Shown one piece after another: positions 56,652 through 61,087 of a stretch of DNA of 61,087 nt (position 1 is its first letter; every line of letters begins with the position of its first letter). This stretch comes from Steroidobacteraceae bacterium (GTDB taxonomy: Bacteria > Pseudomonadota > Gammaproteobacteria > Steroidobacterales > Steroidobacteraceae). The notes under the pieces are model-generated. The model saw only the letters and a list, made by a program, of their open reading frames with translations, ran no database searches and was not told the DNA's origin. The translations under genes and the position numbers were made by a program. Location of the stretch: positions 1-61,087 of the forward strand of contig JANWKL010000032.1 of the NCBI GenBank assembly GCA_025451375.1. The letters are read 5' to 3'.

Positions 56652-57577
56652 GCGTCGCGGTGCGGTGGGCGAGGCGGAGCGCTCATGATGTTGGTGCGCT
56701 CGAAGAGCTCCGCCTTGAGGCGAAACGCGGCCGACACGTCCTCATCGCCGAAGCCGCGGGCGATGAGTTCGGCGTACTCCGCCAGCATGCGTTCCACCAC
56801 CGGCAGCGCGACGCCGAAGCGCGCCGCCATGTCGTGGCAGATTTTCAGATCCTTGGCGTGCAGGCGTACGCGAAACCCGGCGGGGAACTCGCCGCGCGCC
56901 ATGTTGGGCGCGCGATGCACGAAGTACCAGGAGGAGCCGGCGCCCTTGCCCAGGGTGTCGATGAGCTTCTCCAGCGGCAGGCCCTGGGCGCGGGCGAATG
57001 CCATGGCTTCTGCAATCGATTCAATGATGCCGGCGCACATGATCTGGTTGGTCGCCTTGGCGGCCTGGCCGCTGCCGGTGGGACCAAAGTGCGTGATGGT
57101 GCGCCCGAGCGCGCTCAGGATCGGCATGGCGCGGGTGAATGCCGCGTCCGAGCCGCCCGCCATGATGGCGAGCGTGCCATCGCGCGCGCCCTCGACCCCG
57201 CCGCTGACCGGGCAGTCGAGGAACTCCACGCCTGCGGCTTCCAGGAGCCCCGCCGCCTGGCGCGCCGTTTCGGCGCCGACGGTGGAACAGTCGATCATGA
57301 GTGAGCCTGATGCAAGATCCGCCGCGACGCCGCGCGTCACTTCCAGCAGATCCGCGTCGGCGGAGACGCACGACACCACGGCGTCACTGTTCGCGGCGAG
57401 TTGCTTGAGGTTCGCACCAGCGATGACGCCCAGTTCCGCGGCGAGCGCTTGTGCTTTGGAGGCGGTGCGGTTCCAGACCGCGGTGAGGAGGCCCGCACGA
57501 TGGAGGTTGCGCGCCATGTGCGCTCCCATGGCGCCGAGCCCGACGAAACCTACACGCATTTTTTTCGTCCAGCTCAT
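56648..57577 (-). CDS. NAD(P)-dependent beta-hydroxyacid dehydrogenase (3-hydroxyisobutyrate dehydrogenase family)
   Basis: RVGFVGLGAMGAHMARNL Rossmann motif. The domain layout is typical of the family. Confidence 0.85.
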   Translation of the reverse strand: MSWTKKMRVGFVGLGAMGAHMARNLHRAGLLTAVWNRTASKAQALAAELGVIAGANLKQLAANSDAVVSCVSADADLLEVTRGVAADLASGSLMIDCSTVGAETARQAAGLLEAAGVEFLDCPVSGGVEGARDGTLAIMAGGSDAAFTRAMPILSALGRTITHFGPTGSGQAAKATNQIMCAGIIESIAEAMAFARAQGLPLEKLIDTLGKGAGSSWYFVHRAPNMARGEFPAGFRVRLHAKDLKICHDMAARFGVALPVVERMLAEYAELIARGFGDEDVSAAFRLKAELFERTNIMSAPPRPPHRDA

Positions 57578-57661
57578 GCGGCCTTGATGGCCGCGGGCGT
57601 CACTATAGAGCGTTGGCCGGGCGCGCGGAAACCACCGGCGGGCGGCTGGCGGTCGCCTCGC

Positions 57662-58180
57662 TTAAGGGTTTTCGGACTGCGGAACCGGGGTTGGTGCTGG
57701 CGCCGGCGCGTCGAAATTGACATCCGGTACGCTGCCGCACGCGTCCTGCACGTCCTTGCGGGCCTGCTCACGATAGGCGGCGGCGTCCGTATCCGGCAGA
57801 TACTCGCGACTGCCGTCGGCGGCGGTCTTGTAGATCCGCCGTGACTGCACCGCGGAGACGTAGCGGGCTTTCATGGCCTTGCACTGCGTCTCCCGGCTCT
57901 TTTCCACGTCCTTCTGCACGGCCTGGGCGTTAGTCTGATCGCTCAGCTGCGAGTCGGCACGGTCGTTGGCGGCGCTGACATTCTTCCGATCGGCGCTGCG
58001 CGCCGGATTGTCGAATCCGGCGGGATGGCCCTTGCCCGTCTTGATGACTTCGGAACCCGGTACCCACTGGTCGCTGTAGTGGGGCTGGCCGTGGTCATCC
58101 ACCCAGCGGTACACGTCAGCCTGGGCGGTCACAACCGCACCGGCGAGCATCAGGGCAACAATGGATACGAGTCGCAGCAT
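57662..58180 (-). CDS. DUF4124 domain protein, secreted
   Basis: Signal peptide MLRLVSIVALMLAGAVVTAQA followed by DVYRWVDDHGQPHYSD. GGGAGG SD precedes ATG 58180. Confidence 0.7.
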   Translation of the reverse strand: MLRLVSIVALMLAGAVVTAQADVYRWVDDHGQPHYSDQWVPGSEVIKTGKGHPAGFDNPARSADRKNVSAANDRADSQLSDQTNAQAVQKDVEKSRETQCKAMKARYVSAVQSRRIYKTAADGSREYLPDTDAAAYREQARKDVQDACGSVPDVNFDAPAPAPTPVPQSENP

Positions 58181-58434
58181 AGGAACCTCCCGCGCCCGCA
58201 CATTATGACGACTTCCGCGCCGCCCGGCCTTTGAACTCCGTCACAGCCTAAAGCCAGCCCGGTATTTACGGCCCTGAGCCGCCCGTACCCGCCGGAATCG
58301 GCCCTGCATAGTGAGCCTTTTGTGGGTCTTCACGTTGCAAACGTGCACTGCACGCGCCCGGGACGGCGGGTAAGCTGGCAAGCGCTGGAGCCGTGAATCG
58401 AGGGCCCCAATTTCGGGCAGCGCTGAGGTGAAAT

Positions 58435-58713
58435 ATGGATTCGTTTCGTATTGATGAGATCGCGCGGCGCCTCTTCGAAAGCGTGCCGCCGGCGCTGCGT
58501 ACGGTGCAGAAGGATCTGGAGAGCAACTTCCGCGCTGTGCTGCGCGAGGGGTTGAGCAGGCTCGATCTGGTGAATCGGGACGAGTTCGACGCCCAGACGA
58601 AGGTGCTCGAGCGCACCCGCTCGCGACTCGAAGCGCTCGAGGCGCGGCTCGCCGCGCTCGAAGGCAGCCCAACGCCGGGCTCCGCGAGCACGCCGTCATC
58701 GGGCGCCGGGTGA
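58435..58713 (+). CDS. ubiK: ubiquinone accessory factor UbiK (YqiC/BMFP family) coiled-coil protein
   Basis: ...DLVNRDEFDAQTKVLERTRSRLEALEARLAALE matches the family pattern. GAGG SD present. Confidence 0.7.
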   Translation: MDSFRIDEIARRLFESVPPALRTVQKDLESNFRAVLREGLSRLDLVNRDEFDAQTKVLERTRSRLEALEARLAALEGSPTPGSASTPSSGAG

Positions 58714-58723
58714 AACGTCTTCC

Positions 58724-60304
58724 GTGGCCGTCGCGCGCGTGGCCTGCCGGGCGCAGGTCGGGCTGACGGCCCCACCGGTCCACGTCGAGGTCAGCCTCGC
58801 TTCCGGTCTGCCGATGTTCTGCATCGTGGGGCTCGCGGCAACCGTAGTGCGCGAGAGCAAGGAGCGCGTGCGGGCTGCGCTCATCCACAGCGGTTTCGAG
58901 TTCCCCGCGGGCCGCATCACCGTGAGCCTGTCGCCCGCGGACCTGCCGAAAGAGGGCGGCCGCTTTGACCTGCCGATCGCGCTCGGCATATTGCTGGCGT
59001 CCGGCCAGGTGCGCGTACCCGCGACGGGAGAATCCGCCGCACGGGCCGGCTGTGAATACTACGGCGAACTGGGTCTGACCGGGGAGCTGAACCCGGTGCC
59101 GGGTCTCTTGCCCGCCGCCGTTCACGCGCAGCGCCACGGCCATGAGTTGATCGTGCCGCGAGCCAACGCGGCCGAGGCTGGTGCCGCGGCCCCCGCACGG
59201 GCGCGCGCGGCCGGACACCTGCTCGAGGTATGCGCGCACCTGCGTGGCACGGCACCGTTGCCGTTGTGCCGCGAGGGACCAACGGCCGCTGACGGCTGCG
59301 GCCGGGCGCGTACCAACACCCGGCTCGACCTGGCGGACGTGCGCGGACAGACGCGTGCAAAGCGCGCGCTCATCATTGCCGCTGCGGGTGGACACAGCCT
59401 CCTGATGATCGGCCCGCCGGGTTCGGGAAAGAGCATGCTCGCGCAGCGGCTGCCGGATCTCCTGCCCGCGCTATCACCGGACGAAGCACTCGAGGTCGCG
59501 GCCATCGCCGCCGTCAGCGCCGCAGGTTTCGACCCGGCGCAGCTGGGCGCGCGGCCCTTCCGCACGCCGCATCACACCGCCTCGGCGGCGGCGCTGGTCG
59601 GTGGCGGCGCGCGGGCGCGCCCCGGAGAAGTCAGTCTTGCTCACCACGGCGTGCTGTTCCTGGATGAGCTTCCGGAGTTCACGCGTGGAGTACTCGAGGC
59701 GCTGCGTGAACCGCTCGAGACCGGCGTGGTGTCGGTGGCGCGCTCGTCCCTGCAGGTGCAGTACCCGGCGGCTTTTCAACTCATCGCCGCCATGAATCCG
59801 TGTCCCTGCGGGCGTCTTGGCGACAGCTCCGGCGCGTGCAACTGCCCCGGTACCAAAGTGCAACGCTACCGCGGGCGCATTTCCGCGCCGCTGCTGGATC
59901 GGCTGGATCTGCACGTGGAGGTGCCGCGCGTGGCGCCGGCTGAGTTTGAAGCACGAGGCGCCAACCTGCCCTCGAGCGATACCGCGGCGGCCGCGGTCGC
60001 CGCCGCGCGCGACGTGCAGCGCAACCGTCAGGGCGTGTGCAATGCACGCCTCACGGATGCCGACGTCATGCGGTGGTGCGCGCCGGATGCGCCTGGACGG
60101 CGGCTGCTCCAGTCGGCGGTGGAACGCTTCGGATTTTCCGCGCGTGCGCGCACGCGGGTGCTGAAGGTTGCACGGACTATTGCGGATCTTGAGGGCAGGC
60201 CGGGAGTCGGCGCGCAGCAGGTCGGCGAGGCGGTGATGCTGCGATGTCTGGATCGCGCTGGTCCATCGGCCGAAATCGCAGGAAGCAATTTCGGCGGCCA
60301 GTAG
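58724..60304 (+). CDS. comM: YifB/ComM Mg-chelatase-like AAA+ ATPase
   Basis: N-terminal Lon-protease-like domain. Walker A GPPGSGKSML, FLDELPEF and a C-terminal zinc-ribbon-like CPCG...CNC. Confidence 0.9.
   Translation: MAVARVACRAQVGLTAPPVHVEVSLASGLPMFCIVGLAATVVRESKERVRAALIHSGFEFPAGRITVSLSPADLPKEGGRFDLPIALGILLASGQVRVPATGESAARAGCEYYGELGLTGELNPVPGLLPAAVHAQRHGHELIVPRANAAEAGAAAPARARAAGHLLEVCAHLRGTAPLPLCREGPTAADGCGRARTNTRLDLADVRGQTRAKRALIIAAAGGHSLLMIGPPGSGKSMLAQRLPDLLPALSPDEALEVAAIAAVSAAGFDPAQLGARPFRTPHHTASAAALVGGGARARPGEVSLAHHGVLFLDELPEFTRGVLEALREPLETGVVSVARSSLQVQYPAAFQLIAAMNPCPCGRLGDSSGACNCPGTKVQRYRGRISAPLLDRLDLHVEVPRVAPAEFEARGANLPSSDTAAAAVAAARDVQRNRQGVCNARLTDADVMRWCAPDAPGRRLLQSAVERFGFSARARTRVLKVARTIADLEGRPGVGAQQVGEAVMLRCLDRAGPSAEIAGSNFGGQ
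60268..60299. repeat. REP-like hairpin element, copy 3 (inside the last codons of comM)
   Basis: GGCCGAAATCGCAGGAAGCAATTTCGGCGGCC is nearly identical to copy 1. It encodes ...AEIAGSNFGGQ-stop. Confidence 0.45.
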
Positions 60305-60329
60305 CTCCGTTCCGCGGTATCAACAGGCG

Positions 60330-60851
60330 CTACTGCGCCATCTGCACCATGTGATCGACAGCCTCTTTGATCAGCGCGTCCGGGGCGTCAGTGCGGCCGC
60401 CCTTGGGCGGCATCACGCCGGCTTTCCCCTGGAAGCCCTTGAGGGCGTGCTCGTAGAGCGTCGCCTTGCCTTCAGCAATGCGCGGGGCCCAGGCCGCCTT
60501 GTCTCCGGCCTTGGGGGCGCCGGCAATACCCTGTCCATGGCAGGCGCTGCAGGTCTGCTCGAACATCTCGGTGCCGTTCTTCGGCATGGCGGCGACCGCG
60601 GAACCGGCGGCGGCGGGACCCTCGACCTTGATGGCCATGGCCGAGTTGTCCTTGCCCGCGACGGCTTCCCGGGTCGGCGGCTGCAGGCGCGCGTTGACGC
60701 TCCTGGCGTAGTCAGGCTCGCTCATCACCTGCAGGTCCTGCGTGTGGCTCGCGACGATGCGCGCCAGCGCGAAGATCCCCACGGCGATTGCAAGCAGCAG
60801 GCCGATCACCATGCTGAAAACGTTGAAAAAATGCGTGTCCTGCTTGCTCAC
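60330..60851 (-). CDS. membrane-anchored cytochrome c5-family protein
   Basis: N-terminal TM helix, haem motif CSACHG, and MPPKGG with the distal Met. GTG start. Confidence 0.8.
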   Translation of the reverse strand: MSKQDTHFFNVFSMVIGLLLAIAVGIFALARIVASHTQDLQVMSEPDYARSVNARLQPPTREAVAGKDNSAMAIKVEGPAAAGSAVAAMPKNGTEMFEQTCSACHGQGIAGAPKAGDKAAWAPRIAEGKATLYEHALKGFQGKAGVMPPKGGRTDAPDALIKEAVDHMVQMAQ

Positions 60852-60967
60852 GTTGTTATCCGTCGCCGCGTCGATTCGGTCGCGAAGTATAGCCGCTCCG
60901 CCTGTCGCTTCGTAGCCTGCGCCAATCGCGGCAAGCCGCCCGCGGCCCTTTCAGCCAGCGGGTGTGG

Positions 60968-60997
60968 TTGGACGGCTTTTCGGGCCGCGCGTATCAT
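60968..60997 (+). promoter_or_regulatory. putative tRNA-Arg promoter with GC-rich discriminator
   Basis: Promoter elements are TTGGAC (60968-73), an 18-nt spacer and TATCAT (60992-97). CGCCCGCCCC follows before the tRNA 5' end. Confidence 0.35.
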
Positions 60998-61010
60998 CGC
61001 CCGCCCCAAC

Positions 61011-61087
61011 GCGCCCGTAGCTCAGCTGGATAGAGTACTGCCCTCCGAAGGCAGGGGTCACTGGTTCGAATCCAGTCGGGCGCGCCA
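61011..61087 (+). tRNA. tRNA-Arg (anticodon CCG), with encoded CCA, ending at the window edge
   Basis: Cloverleaf: acceptor GCGCCCG/CGGGCGC, D-arm GCTCAGCTGGATAGAGT, anticodon stem CTGCC/GGCAG with loop CTCCGAA, T-arm ACTGG-TTCGAAT-CCAGT, then G-CCA. Confidence 0.9.

Noticed and set aside
58262-58430. Possible 6S RNA (ssrS). The string CCCTGAGCCG resembles part of E. coli 6S, and the region is about 170 nt and non-coding.
   Set aside because: I could not build the long closing helix, central bubble and terminal helix architecture. Only short imperfect pairings are present. The 3' end would include the ubiK Shine-Dalgarno. The usual zapA/5-formyl-THF cyclo-ligase context is absent. A cmscan with the Rfam 6S model would settle it.
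61011-61087. tRNA-Arg as an integration hotspot for a genomic island.
   Set aside because: The tRNA ends at the window edge, so downstream DNA is not visible. I found no direct repeat of its 3' half elsewhere in the window, and nothing upstream looks island-like.

Overview
This is a 61,087-bp chromosomal segment from a GC-rich proteobacterium (roughly two-thirds G+C by eye, not computed). Gene content and local synteny suggest a Gammaproteobacterium (Xanthomonadales/Nevskiales-like) or a Betaproteobacterium. The relevant markers are dapF-DUF484-xerC-hslVU, ubiE-ubiJ-ubiB, yajQ, an algZ/algR-like two-component pair, cytochrome c5 and comM/yifB. A database search would be needed to settle the taxon. 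All protein calls rest on motifs I recognise in the supplied translations, and nothing was searched. I call about 70 protein genes and one tRNA-Arg(CCG) at the right edge. I found no rRNA, CRISPR array, IS element/transposase or prophage. Left to right, the main blocks are:
- A partial acyl-CoA dehydrogenase, a cupin dioxygenase and a Tat-signal aldo/keto reductase.
- ccdAB.
- A lipase-like hydrolase with a PCuAC copper chaperone.
- oxyR divergent from ahpCD.
- An LplT-like MFS/acyltransferase fusion.
- A tetR-OMF-MFP-RND efflux operon followed by a PQQ-type beta-propeller protein.
- A BtuF-like binding protein, yajQ and hicAB.
- A complete unfused trpEGDCFBA operon preceded by a Trp-codon leader peptide and attenuator.
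- An HxlR locus.
- A tandem DUF4386 pair with an aldo/keto reductase, then a MATE pump.
- ubiE-ubiJ-ubiB.
- A three-gene 2-oxoacid oxidoreductase cluster (GltD-like flavoprotein/ferredoxin fusion plus korA and korB).
- An RRM RNA-binding protein and ribosomal protein THX.
- A FabH-like gene and ppa.
- A 5'-truncated nucleotidyltransferase-fold gene with a small coupled partner.
- dapF-DUF484-xerC and hslVU.
- A dehydrogenase translationally coupled to a LytS/LytTR-type two-component pair.
- ubiK, comM and cytochrome c5.

The window is mostly core metabolism, and I did not find a convincing large novel multi-gene system. The items most worth a second look are:
1. The trp leader/attenuator, which appears nearly leaderless.
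2. The NAD(P)H-linked 2-oxoacid oxidoreductase cluster.
3. The nucleotidyltransferase remnant that lies in frame with ppa, together with its ATGA-coupled partner.
4. A REP-like hairpin family, one copy of which supplies the last codons of comM.
5. A beta-hydroxyacid dehydrogenase fused into a LytS/LytTR operon.
6. Several very clean operator palindromes (TetR, HxlR, HicB, CcdA, LysR).

Many long ORFs in the six-frame track are antisense or N-terminally over-extended, as expected in GC-rich DNA, and were not called.
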